A stretch of DNA of 64,000 nucleotides, from contig OZ244587.1 of NCBI GenBank assembly GCA_965218095.1, positions 416,001 through 480,000 of the forward strand. The letters are read 5' to 3'. The stretch comes from Candidatus Poribacteria bacterium (GTDB lineage Bacteria; Poribacteria; WGA-4E; PCPOR2b). Position 1 is the first letter of the stretch. Every line of letters starts with the position of its first letter. Below, in pieces: positions 51,271 to 60,932 of this stretch. The notes below the pieces were generated by a model, which saw only the letters and a program-made list of their open reading frames with translations, was not told the DNA's origin and searched no databases. A program made the translations under genes and the position numbers.

Positions 51271-52500
51271 TTATTTCGCCCTAACTAACGCGTGCGCCAC
51301 CTTGTTAATCGCCCTGGCAATGTCCCGGATGTCGTCCTCGCTCATGTGTTCGTGGATGCCACGGACGACGACTGTTCTCAAGCCTTCGACTGCGCCGGGG
51401 ACGCCCTCGGGACCATAGTGGTATTCGCGGCTGACGTACGCGCTGTTAAACGGGAATTTGCTGCTGCCGTAGGTATTTCCCTCTGTCAGGAATTTACCCC
51501 GCATATAGATTGGGTCTTCAATGTAGTGAGCGCTCATTGAGACGCCTTCGACGGAGACAGCTTTACAGAATTGATCGGGGTCGTGACCGGTGACATGAAA
51601 GATGTAGTTCCACCAAGAAACTTCGCGGTCATCAGGCATTGGAACGACCTCGATTCCGGGCGCGTCAGCAATCAACTCGGTGAGCAATTTTCCAAGATCA
51701 ATACGGCGCTTGACCACCCACCGAAGTTTTTCCAACTGCGCCAAACCGACAGCCCCCTGCATCTCCGTCATGCGGTAATTGGGAGCGAGGAAGGCGTGAT
51801 CTCGTTCTCCCATGTATTGATAGTCCCAGCCTTTGTCCGAAAAGAGTTTCAGACGGATATAGGTTTCTTCGTCATTGGTCAGAATCATACCGCCATCGCC
51901 GGTAGTCATGTGCTTCGATTGCTGGAAGCTGAAGCAACCGATATGACCAAACGTTCCGGCGTAGCGTCCCTTATATTTCGTCGCGTGGGTCTGGCAGCAG
52001 TCCTCGATCAGGATGAGGTTGTATTTTTCGGCGATCTCCAGGGCTTCATTGATGTCACAAGGATGACCAAAAAGATGGACCAGGATAATTGCCCTGGTGC
52101 GGTCTGTGATGTTGGCCTCAATTGATTCCGGGGTCATGTTCAGCGTCTTCGGATCAACATCGGCAAAGACCGGCACAGCGTTCTGCATGAGGATAGGCAT
52201 GACGCTGCCGGGGTCAGTAATCGGTGCGGTGATGATCTCATCGCCGGGGTTCGGATTGACTGCACCAACCGCTGTGTGGATGGCGGCGGTGCCGCTAGTC
52301 GATGCCTGTGCGTAGTTTGCGCCGAAAAACTCAGCGAATTTCTTTTCCAGTTCTTTGACGAATGTCCCACTTTTGCCGAAAAGGTTTTGGCTGCGCACCG
52401 CCTGAAGCAGAAGTTCCTCTTCACGTTTGCCAAATGGGGCGCGTTCCGGAAAGGGTTCGGTTCGTACTTTTGGTCCGCCGTGGATGGCGAGTTTTTCCAT
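51271..52500 (-). CDS. DegT/DnrJ/EryC1/StrS family PLP-dependent aminotransferase
   Basis: SGTAAIH, PVFADVD, IEDCCQ, FSFQQSKHMTTGDGG, NYRMTE. Confidence 0.93.
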   Translation of the reverse strand: MEKLAIHGGPKVRTEPFPERAPFGKREEELLLQAVRSQNLFGKSGTFVKELEKKFAEFFGANYAQASTSGTAAIHTAVGAVNPNPGDEIITAPITDPGSVMPILMQNAVPVFADVDPKTLNMTPESIEANITDRTRAIILVHLFGHPCDINEALEIAEKYNLILIEDCCQTHATKYKGRYAGTFGHIGCFSFQQSKHMTTGDGGMILTNDEETYIRLKLFSDKGWDYQYMGERDHAFLAPNYRMTEMQGAVGLAQLEKLRWVVKRRIDLGKLLTELIADAPGIEVVPMPDDREVSWWNYIFHVTGHDPDQFCKAVSVEGVSMSAHYIEDPIYMRGKFLTEGNTYGSSKFPFNSAYVSREYHYGPEGVPGAVEGLRTVVVRGIHEHMSEDDIRDIARAINKVAHALVRAK

Positions 52501-52511
52501 TTTTGTCTCCT

Positions 52512-52781
52512 TCAACTAACTGTTATTAAACCCAGTCTACGACCGACTTCTTCATTTTCCACTTCAATCCCCGCCTTGTTTTCCATATAGTATTCCAACG
52601 CTTCTTCTACTGTCTCAATGGGTAAGTCAAAGCCTTCAGCCGTTTCCTAGATAGTAAATTGGTTCGCTCGCATCGTTGCAACGAGATTCCAAGCCGGCAT
52701 GTTTCGATCTTTCACACCGAGAAATTTGGTCTTTTTATAGGGCTTTGGTTCAAGATAGCGATAGTGATTCTCTTGACTCAT
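52512..52781 (-). pseudogene. DUF433-like small HTH protein with internal TAG
   Basis: MSQENHYRYLEPKP...WNLVATMRAN.FTI*ETAEGFDLPIETVEEALEYY.EN...IE.E; 90 codons in one frame. Confidence 0.7.
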
Positions 52782-52784
52782 TTC

Positions 52785-53559
52785 GTATGGATAGGTAGAA
52801 CCCTTGCGGGTTTTCCCCCCATCTAAACCGTGCGTGTGACTTTCACCGCACACGGCTTGCTCTGTCAATTACTGATTATCCAAAATAAGTGGTTAGAAAA
52901 CCTTTAGGCTGTCTGGGTTTATTTCTAACGAAATTGGATAATCTCAGCCATACTTATTCTGTATCATTTAGAACATTGAGGACGAGTTGCCAAGTATGTT
53001 TTCACAGTGACTTGATTTTGCGCTCATTTTCCTTTAATCTATTTATGTTCCTTTAATCTATTTATGATACATTTCTGTATGTTGACACTAGGCAGGCTTG
53101 GCATAAATGCCTATCTGCCTTCCTCTCCCATATTTCTTTATAGAAACTTAGGGACTTTCCTGTTCTCACATAATGCACGTTATGAACGATTTAGGCTCTG
53201 ACTGTACCCCGAAGCTGTATAGCTTACTAGTAGTATGATAAAATAACATACCATCTTTGATTTTGCAATGTTTAAGCATTATCACTTAGCTCGTACTTTT
53301 TAGTTATAGGCTGTTTATTGCAGATGCACCTATTCAAAGGTGACGAGGCTTCAATCATCAGTTCAACTTTTGCTTTAGCCATTTCGTTCTTAGCCTGACG
53401 TATCAGTTTATGGGGTCTGCATTCCCCACAGGATATGCGCCTTTTCCCTTTGCTTTCCACATTGTCTTTTCAAACAATGCAGTTAAGGTAAGGCTTGTGG
53501 ATGTAAGCTACCACTGATGGATTTTCACCATCATTACATTATGCTACACAGAAACGCAC
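52785..53559 (-). ncRNA. Group II intron lacking an intron-encoded protein
   Basis: 5' end GTGCG at 53559; domain V AAGCCGTGTGCGGTGAAAGTCACACGCACGGTTT (about 52825-52858); domain VI hairpin ending CCTATCCATAC; 775 nt, no RT ORF. Confidence 0.88.
53029..53066. repeat. 19-bp tandem duplication TTCCTTTAATCTATTTATG x2 within intron domain IV
   Basis: Read directly. Confidence 0.9.
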
Positions 53560-53562
53560 ATT

Positions 53563-55290
53563 TCACTCCTTTCTATTTTCACCGAAACGCTCCAGCATTT
53601 CCTTTGCCTCATGCCCTTCCTCTGAGTTGGGATATTTTTCTGCAAGGTTTCGCAAAAGTTCCAACACGCCGCTCTGCTTGAGTTCCTGCGCCAACTCCAA
53701 CTGATAGTGGGCTATGCGCAGCATCGCTGACGGGGCTCTCGGCCCCTCCGGTGCAACCACTAAGATCTGGTTCACCTGATCCAATGCCTTATCAAACTCC
53801 CCTTTGGCTTTGTAACATTCAGCGAGACGTTCACGGGCTTCGAGTGTGGTGAGGAGATCATTGTAATCTTCGATGAGTTGCGTATTGACGCTGATCGCCT
53901 CATCTCAATTCTCCATCCATTGTGCAATTGCAGCCAAACCACGCAGTGAGGGTAATGCGGCGGCAGGGCTAACAGCTTTATCTGCGGCTTGACGAAACAT
54001 CTTCGCAAGTTCGGGGAGCTTGCCCCTCACCTCCAACTCGGCGATCACGTCTTCTTCATGCGAGGCTTCGATGAAACGGCAGATAGCTTGACGACGCAGA
54101 TAAGGATTCGGGTTAGCAAGGAGAGAACTCAAAAAATCAATTGCTTTCTCGCGTTGATTCGTCCGCCAGTACATCTCTAGGAGTTGCATCATGGCTTCAT
54201 GGGCATGCTCGGTTTGCGGAGAGGATTCGACAAGGTCTTTGAGGATAGACTCCGCGCGATCGTAATCGAAGTTTTCAGCATAAACTTCGGCGAGATTTCT
54301 TAACACTACCACATTGAATCTGTCGGGATATCCCTGGGAAAGTCGGGTAAGGAGTTCGATCGCTGGATCCGATTTCCCAAATTGTTGGTAAAGTTGGGCC
54401 GCCCGACGGAGCGCCCATTGCGCCTGGTCAGTTCCACGAAACTCGACGGCAGTGAGAAACGCTTTGAGGGCAGCCTGCAAATCGCCTTTCTCCTGGTGCA
54501 TACCACCCATTATTGACCACACATGAACGATACTCCAATGTGCGGGAAAGGTTTCAATCGCTGCATTGCACGCCTTGATTGCTTGATCTAGCTCTCCCAT
54601 CTCCCAATAGGTTTCAGCAAGTTGGACGAAGGCTTCAACACGGTCTGGATGGTTCTTCTGGATTTTCTGAAATAGCTCGATTGCCTGTTGATGCCCTCCA
54701 CGTTCCCGGTAGTGTTCGCCTAGCCGCAACGTCAGCCAGAACGTGTTTTCTTGAAAGGGATACTGCTGGATCATCTGATCAATCCGTCGACGCGCATCTT
54801 CAAGCCAACCGTGTTCCAAATCTGACTCAATAATGACCTCCATCGCCTCAAATACCTGATAATCGCCGATGAATTTTGTTGTAATCTCATCAACGAGTTT
54901 GCGTGCATTATCCAGATCTTCTTTCTCAACCGCATGGCAAAGCTGCCACATCAAGATTTCAGCCTTCTCTCGCGGGTGGGAAATCGCAGCTTCCGCTTCC
55001 GCTAAAATCGACTGTGCTTTCTCAGGTTGTCCGAGCGCGGCATAGCACTCGCTCAGTTTCATGCGTGCCCACTTCGCTTCCCAACGCCATGGGTCATAGG
55101 CAAGTAGGCGTTTGCACTCCTTGATGACGACTTGATACTGTCTCTGGTGGAACAGTTTCTCGATTTCTTCGATGGGTCTAGCAACGAAATCATCTGGGAC
55201 TTCCTCTTCGTCAACAGGATTCTCAATTTGTGCCCCTAAAATCGGTATCACTGCAAACAAGAAAATCAAGCAAATCAGTGGTATTTTCAT
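53563..55290 (-). pseudogene. Large secreted TPR protein interrupted by one in-frame TGA (53905-53907)
   Basis: Signal peptide and many TPRs; the frame continues MEN*DEAISVN...ARERLAECYKAKGEFDKAL into the 53563-53784 ORF. Confidence 0.8.
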
Positions 55291-55381
55291 TGAAACACCT
55301 CGTGTTGTGGGAAAGCGGTTTAAGGGACAAGATTCAGATTAGGGTTTCCCCATTTTTAATCTCCGGTTTCACCCATTTATC

Positions 55382-55663
55382 CTATTGTGTCTGCACAGAG
55401 CGTATCTTGATGACGAAGCGGATGTTGCCAAAGAGGAACTCGTTGTCTTGTACAAGCACAGGAACGGTCGAGTCGAAGCACAGTTAGTCGTCACGAATTT
55501 CAGCCATAGGTTCCATGACCTTTGCTGCACGTTTTGTCAGAAATTCTTGGAGGGCACTCAGGAAGGTGGCCGGGTTGATGGGGTCGTCAGAGCGTGTGAT
55601 GAAACCCTCTATTAAGTGGTCAAATTCTTAGTCGTTCAATTCATCTAAAGGTTTGTCGTTCAT
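55382..55663 (-). pseudogene. Hypothetical gene with two internal TAA stops
   Basis: RBS AGGAG; MNDKPLDELND*EFDHLIEG...EIRDD*LCFD...VQDNEF..GNIRFVIK. Confidence 0.5.
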
Positions 55664-55756
55664 GGTGTTGTTTCTCCTAACATCTGTTGCTAAGAAAGAA
55701 TCATGGTTTTCTAGTGGCCGTAATCGATAACGAACCTGAAGGTTTATTCCATCTCA

Positions 55757-55860
55757 CTACTTCATCAAAATCATCTTCCGCGCGGCGTCATAATCCTCCA
55801 CCCGAAACCGGTAGAAATAGACGCCGCTGGCGGCGGGCTCGCCCAATAAGGTGCTTCCGG
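55757..55860 (-). pseudogene. Orphan FlgD/T9SS-like C-terminal fragment
   Basis: GEPAASGVYFYRFRVEDYDAARKMILMK*, similar to the end of the 758-aa protein. Confidence 0.7.
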
Positions 55861-55937
55861 GGCGGACTTCCTCGCGGATTACCATCGTTTTAAGTGCTCC
55901 AGGCTTAGCTGATTAAGTGGTTTCTGCGAATCTTGCG

Positions 55938-56102
55938 CTAATCATTCATTTTTGCGACTTCCCGATTCATTTCGTCAAAGGATAAAACTTTACCCTCGTC
56001 AAATTCTCAATGGGATTTTTGTATAATCTCCAGAAATTCAGGATGTGTGCTCAAAGCGAATGACTCCAGATCCACTTCAGCAAATTTGTTTGTGTAAGCC
56101 AT
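55938..56102 (-). pseudogene. Antitoxin-like fragment with internal TGA
   Basis: VDLESFALSTHPEFLEIIQKSH*EFDEGKVLSFDEM resembles C-termini of Phd-type antitoxins. Confidence 0.5.
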
Positions 56103-56114
56103 GTTTTTGCTCTC

Positions 56115-57545
56115 TCACAACGTATGCACCGACAACGCCCCTGCAACTGTCAACCGCCGCTGCTGGGTGAAAGTGCGTGGACGGGTATACCCTTCGCCGG
56201 TGGGTCCGGCAATTGTCATTGCCAGAAAACCTTCACCATCAATCCCGGTGCAGGCGTAGGAGGGGGCATTCACGACAACGACGTTACAGTTCATTGCTTG
56301 CGTAAACTGGGTGATTCGCGCACTGTTGTTAGTGTGAAGCATCGCGGTGTGCCCACGTCCGCCATCCGCCGCAAAGGCGCCTTTCACAGCCTCATCAAAA
56401 TCACGGATTCGCACGACGGGGAGAATCGGTATCAGATATTCATCAATGACGAAGGTGTGATCGCTGGCGACCTCAACGACGACAGATACGCTATCCGCCG
56501 GCACCCTGATTCCCGCGGCTTCAAGAATAACCTGTGCGTCTTTACCGATATAATCTAGATTGGGAGCGCCATCTTTGATAACAACCTTTTCAACTGCCTG
56601 TCGCTCACCTGGAGTGGTTAAATAACCCCCATTTTTTTCCAGTTCACGGATGACTTCATTGGCAACAGATTCAACGACAAAGAGGGCTTTTTCACCGATG
56701 CAGAGCAAGTTGTTGTCGAAGCTGTTTCCAAGTATGACATCTTTCGCCGCTTTCTTCAAATCGGCGGTTTCGTCGATGACCGCTGGTGGATTACCGGGCC
56801 CTGCGGCGATCGCCTTCTTCCCACTGGAGAGTGCGGCTTTCACAACGCTGCCACTGCCTGTCGCAACGACCATTGCTATATCAGGATGGCTCATGATTTC
56901 TTTCGCCGTCCGCAATGTCGCTTCCGAAATAGCTGTGAGCATATTGGGCGGTCCCCCTACCTCGGTGATTGCTTCATTGATGACCTTTATTGTTTCCTGT
57001 GTGCATTTCTGTGCATTCGGGTGCGGGCTGAATACGATCGCGTTTCCCGCCGCAAGCATTATGATGGCGTGGTTGATGACCGTTGATGTCGGGTTCGTGG
57101 TCGGGGTGATTGAATTGATCACGCCAAAAGGGAGGTACTCCACAAGCAGTAGCCCTGTATCTCCAGTGGTCGTTTCCGATTGCAGATCTTCCACACCGAG
57201 AGAGAGATTGACGGCTTCTTCATTTTTCGTCACCTTATGCTCGACAACCCCCATCTTTGTGTCTTCGACTGCAATCTCCGCAAGGCGTCTCGCGTTCTCA
57301 AGCGAGACGCCTTTGATGGCTTCGATGAGCTCCATTCGTTTGGCAAATCCGAGCTTCACGAATTCCGCCTGGGCAGCTTTGGCGGCGGCAACCGCCTGAT
57401 CAACGTTAGGGAAAATCCCCGACGGTGTTCTGCTAAGAGTGAAGGGTTGGATTGTTGTCGTTGATAAGGTTTCCCCATCGTTTTGAAGATTCCTGATGAC
57501 CTGTGCAACAATCTCTTCAATTTGTGTTTCATTGATTTCTGCCAT
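56115..57545 (-). CDS. BMC-associated CoA-acylating aldehyde dehydrogenase (EutE/PduP type)
   Basis: PFGVI..ITPTTNP, AGPGNPP, SFDNNLLCIGEK, TIAGPTGEG; N-terminal amphipathic INETQIEEIVAQVIRNL; RBS AAGGAGG. Confidence 0.92.
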   Translation of the reverse strand: MAEINETQIEEIVAQVIRNLQNDGETLSTTTIQPFTLSRTPSGIFPNVDQAVAAAKAAQAEFVKLGFAKRMELIEAIKGVSLENARRLAEIAVEDTKMGVVEHKVTKNEEAVNLSLGVEDLQSETTTGDTGLLLVEYLPFGVINSITPTTNPTSTVINHAIIMLAAGNAIVFSPHPNAQKCTQETIKVINEAITEVGGPPNMLTAISEATLRTAKEIMSHPDIAMVVATGSGSVVKAALSSGKKAIAAGPGNPPAVIDETADLKKAAKDVILGNSFDNNLLCIGEKALFVVESVANEVIRELEKNGGYLTTPGERQAVEKVVIKDGAPNLDYIGKDAQVILEAAGIRVPADSVSVVVEVASDHTFVIDEYLIPILPVVRIRDFDEAVKGAFAADGGRGHTAMLHTNNSARITQFTQAMNCNVVVVNAPSYACTGIDGEGFLAMTIAGPTGEGYTRPRTFTQQRRLTVAGALSVHTL

Positions 57546-57655
57546 ATGTACCTCCTTCAGATTGGGCTCAACTGCATGAAATCCGGTGCAACGGAAGATA
57601 CAGAGATCCAGACAGCCCAATGTATCCTTGTTTCACGCATCACGTTTCGTCGTTT

Positions 57656-57931
57656 TTATCCGCGACTCAACATATTCTCAACTTCTGCATGTGGACGTGG
57701 GATAACGTGCACCGAAACCAGTTCTCCAACAGCTTTTGCGGCTTCAGCGCCTGTTTCCGTTGCGGCTTGAACTGCACCGACATCACCACGAACTATGACG
57801 GTGACGAAACCACCGCCAATATCTTCTTTGCCGATGAGTGTTACATTGGCAGCTTTGACCATGGCATCTGCTGCTTCAATAGCGCCGACGAGCCCTCGCG
57901 TTTCAATCAGTCCCAATGCCTCACTAGCCAT
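57656..57931 (-). CDS. Bacterial microcompartment hexameric shell protein (EutM/PduA-like)
   Basis: [23 protein letters not shown]...GDVGAV...HVIPRPH. Confidence 0.96.
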   Translation of the reverse strand: MASEALGLIETRGLVGAIEAADAMVKAANVTLIGKEDIGGGFVTVIVRGDVGAVQAATETGAEAAKAVGELVSVHVIPRPHAEVENMLSRG

Positions 57932-57978
57932 CCTATTTATTCACCTCCTTGATTAAACTGACTCTTTGGACTGCCCTC

Positions 57979-58007
57979 ATTGTATCAAGATCTACGATTC
58001 TAATCAA
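57979..58007 (-). promoter_or_regulatory. Sigma70-type promoter for the BMC gene pair
   Basis: Minus strand TTGATT-17 bp-TACAAT with extended TGn. Confidence 0.55.
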
Positions 58008-58254
58008 GGGAAAAATCCGTTCTCTTGTCGTCGGGCTTCAAACTTATCGTCCCATTAAAAACTCTTGACAAGGATCTGTTGAGATGCTATCCTTTGTCTC
58101 GGAATTTTCCCAGAGAGATTGGCAGGAAAGATTCAATTTGGACATTTTGTTTCTAACACTTGATGGCCGATGTAAACCAGATTGTGATCGAATGGTACTT
58201 GACGTGGGGGAGTGGGTATGGATTGGCGCCCGCCCAAACCCCCAATCAAACCAT

Positions 58255-58377
58255 TGGTTATTACAATTATGATGGCTGCTTCCGCTAGTTTTGCGACACT
58301 CCCCGGTTATCAAACGAACCTGATGGTCTATGGGCCGGGGGGTTACCGCTTCACCGATTACTTGCGGATTGGTTAAA
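58255..58377 (+). pseudogene. SLC13/DASS permease C-terminal fragment
   Basis: [38 protein letters not shown]. Confidence 0.75.
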
Positions 58378-59230
58378 CAGTTTGGTGAGAAGCGAGATGA
58401 GCGTGCAGTTCGGTTGTTGAAGGTGTTAGCCCTTCTCGATGACCCCTAGGCCGCCGAAGCAGCGGGCTCTTATCTTGGGAAAGTTAAGAGCCCGTTGACG
58501 CTATCCGCATTAGACGATATCCTGGCGGAAACACAGGATGCCGCACGCAGGAAGGCAGCGGAAAAATCAGCGCAACGGCTGAAGCTTATGGAAATTCAGG
58601 CTCTCCCGCCAACTATCAAACAGCTCGGCGGCGACATTTACAAGGTTGTCCTATCATTCTTTGACGGTACAGGCAGTCGCCTCCTTTGGTTTTCACGATA
58701 CATCGGTAAGGACAAAGCAAACGTTGAATTGGTGAACCTCATGCTGAGAACTGGCGTGGGAGCCGTTGATTGTTACGGTTCAAAGCCTGTACCTGTTGTT
58801 GAATTCAATGAGATGATTGAAGAATTGTAGGAAGAAGTAGGCGGCGGTGAAGTCAGCTATGAGTCTGGATGAATTTATAGGCTGGTTTGATCAGTCCGAC
58901 AAAACTTACGATTATTATGAGTAACTCGAATGCCTTATGGACAGATACAAGGAACGACGGTTGGAAAGGGAAATCGACCGTTTATTCAAAAGGTATGCCA
59001 ACGAAATTTTTGAACCACAACGCGATTGCATCCGTCGGAATCTGGAATATTCAGCCGATTTCTTGTTTCGACAACCTAGCAAAACGGTCAAGGCAGAGGT
59101 CATTTTGGCGGCAGCGTTGCACCTCAATAACCGGTCCACTGTTCCGCTGGAAGCACACCCTTTCATTTTGAGAATGATGGAAGAGAGCCTTGAGCGAATC
59201 GCGCTGAATAACTTTGAATCCCCAGATTGA
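58378..59230 (+). pseudogene. Fragmented hypothetical gene (HEAT-like N-terminal part)
   Basis: Consecutive coding-like segments separated by TAG stops near 58447 and 58828 and by frame changes. Confidence 0.5.
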
Positions 59231-59267
59231 CAACCATTAATTAACCCCCAGAGGGCACTGACGAACC

Positions 59268-59621
59268 ATGTCTAAAGAACCAATCAACCCTGCAGATGTC
59301 GAGGTGTTAGAGAAGCAGATTCGTCAAAATCGAGAAGAAATAGATCGGCTCAAACAAGAGGTAGATCGGTTACGCGCCGAGCTTGGTTTATCGGAAACTG
59401 ATGAATTTGAAGCACAGTTTAATAGGGACGAGGTACTCGAATTCGGGACGCTTGGCAATAGTGTGGTCAAGGGCAGGATTAACTGGATGAATCCGTACGT
59501 CATTAGCATTACGACCTCTGAAGAAGACCGCTCCGCTGAAGTCTTAATCTTCAAGCACGCGCTCGCCTATATTCGCAAACCTGAGGAAAAATCAACTCCG
59601 CGTAGGGGCATGTACATTTGA
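59268..59621 (+). CDS. hfq: Hfq/Sm-like RNA chaperone with N-terminal coiled coil
   Basis: Sm1-like 'GNSVVKGRINWMNPYVISI' and Sm2 'VLIFKHALAYI'. Confidence 0.7.
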   Translation: MSKEPINPADVEVLEKQIRQNREEIDRLKQEVDRLRAELGLSETDEFEAQFNRDEVLEFGTLGNSVVKGRINWMNPYVISITTSEEDRSAEVLIFKHALAYIRKPEEKSTPRRGMYI

Positions 59622-59632
59622 GAATCTGACTG

Positions 59633-59839
59633 ATGAGGCAATTAATGCGGGACTCTATTTCAGATCAACCTTTAATCAATTTTGACCAAGCCCTCATTGA
59701 TTCTGCTAAGTTTACAGAATACTCGTTGAATCCTCATCATCCTCAAAATCAAGGAAAAACAGCGGCATTCAAACAGCTTGGCTATGATATAGAAACGTCT
59801 CAGGAAAGAACCGCCACTGCGCGGGATTTAGTAAGATGA
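59633..59839 (+). pseudogene. DUF6883-like toxin-domain fragment
   Basis: A.IDSAKFTEYSLNPHHP...GK...F.QLGY; truncated. Confidence 0.55.
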
Positions 59840-60033
59840 TGATCGCGATCGGAAATTTAAGATTTATCAGGAGTAAAAGTTTCACATTATTGGATTATCG
59901 ATCCGGCAGCCCAAGCATTAGAGGAATACGTTTGGCAACCTGAAGGGTATCATCAATATACATTTCATGCCCGAAATGATGAATTTCATCCATCATTGTT
60001 TCCGGGATTGGTCATTCTTCTTGAAGATTTATA
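59840..60033 (+). pseudogene. Uma2 family endonuclease C-terminal fragment
   Basis: DRDRKFKIYQE*KVSHYWIIDP....LEEY...SLFPGLVILLEDL. Confidence 0.7.
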
Positions 60034-60044
60034 GAATTAAAGCA

Positions 60045-60899
60045 ATGGAGATGATGCCTGTGTTAGACTTCCGCTCAATCGATTCACTCATAGAACTCGC
60101 CCTCGCAGAAGATATCGGCATCGGCGACATTACCACCGAATCTGCGGTTTCACCGTTGCAGCAAGGGCGTGGCATAATCATCGCTAATACCGATGGCGTG
60201 ATTGCTGGAGCGCTGATTGCTCAACGCGTTTTTGAAAAAATCGATCCATCGCTCGATTTTCGGGAACTTGTCGCCGAGGGCGATTACGTTGGAAGCATGA
60301 CCCGGATTGCCGTAGTAGAAGGACGCGCGAAATCCATCCTCACCGGTGAGCGTACCGCCCTTAACTTTCTTCAACGCCTTTCTGGTACAGCCACATTGAC
60401 TGCACAGTTCGTTGCTGCCATAGCCACATACGATGTCGAGATCATCGATACCCGCAAAACCACCGCGGGTTGGCGAGCAATCCAAAAGTACGCTGTCCGT
60501 ATTGGGGGCGGACATAACCACCGCTTTGGGCTTTACGATGGCGTCCTGATTAAGGATAACCACATCATTGCCGCCGGGGGCATCGCCAAAGCTATCGAGA
60601 AGGCGAGATCGACTGTACCTCATACGATGAAGATCGAGATCGAAGTGGAGACCCTCGATCAGGTCGAAGAAGCGCTTGCGGCTAGCGCTGACATCTTACT
60701 GCTTGACAACATGTCCGTTGATTTCATGAGAGCTGCAGTCGAAAGGATCGCCGGTAGAGCCATCATCGAAGCGTCAGGAGGGATCACATTAGATCAGATA
60801 GAAGCGGTTGCCGCAACAGGGGTGGATCTAGTCTCCGTTGGCGCGTTGACACATTCGGCGATGCCGTTGGATATGAGTTTGGATTTGGAACTGATTTAG
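60045..60899 (+). CDS. nadC: Nicotinate-nucleotide pyrophosphorylase (carboxylating)
   Basis: ALAED.G.GDITT, GERTALN, DTRKT, HRFGLYD.VLIKDNH, LDNM, EASGG; start among ATGs at 60045-60054. Confidence 0.96.
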   Translation: MEMMPVLDFRSIDSLIELALAEDIGIGDITTESAVSPLQQGRGIIIANTDGVIAGALIAQRVFEKIDPSLDFRELVAEGDYVGSMTRIAVVEGRAKSILTGERTALNFLQRLSGTATLTAQFVAAIATYDVEIIDTRKTTAGWRAIQKYAVRIGGGHNHRFGLYDGVLIKDNHIIAAGGIAKAIEKARSTVPHTMKIEIEVETLDQVEEALAASADILLLDNMSVDFMRAAVERIAGRAIIEASGGITLDQIEAVAATGVDLVSVGALTHSAMPLDMSLDLELI

Positions 60900-60932
60900 A
60901 GAGTCAGATAAGGAGATTATCAATAAATACCA

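Noticed and set aside
52647-52868. 73-aa ORF MTEQAVCGESHTHG
   Set aside because: Its N-terminal part is translated intron domains V and VI; the real start is 52781.
52785-53559. Retron or diversity-generating retroelement
   Set aside because: No reverse transcriptase ORF and no template/variable repeat pair was seen.
53905-53907. Selenocysteine or stop-codon reassignment in the TPR gene
   Set aside because: Internal stops across the window include TGA, TAG and TAA, and all three also end intact genes. The position fits a Trp-to-stop mutation.
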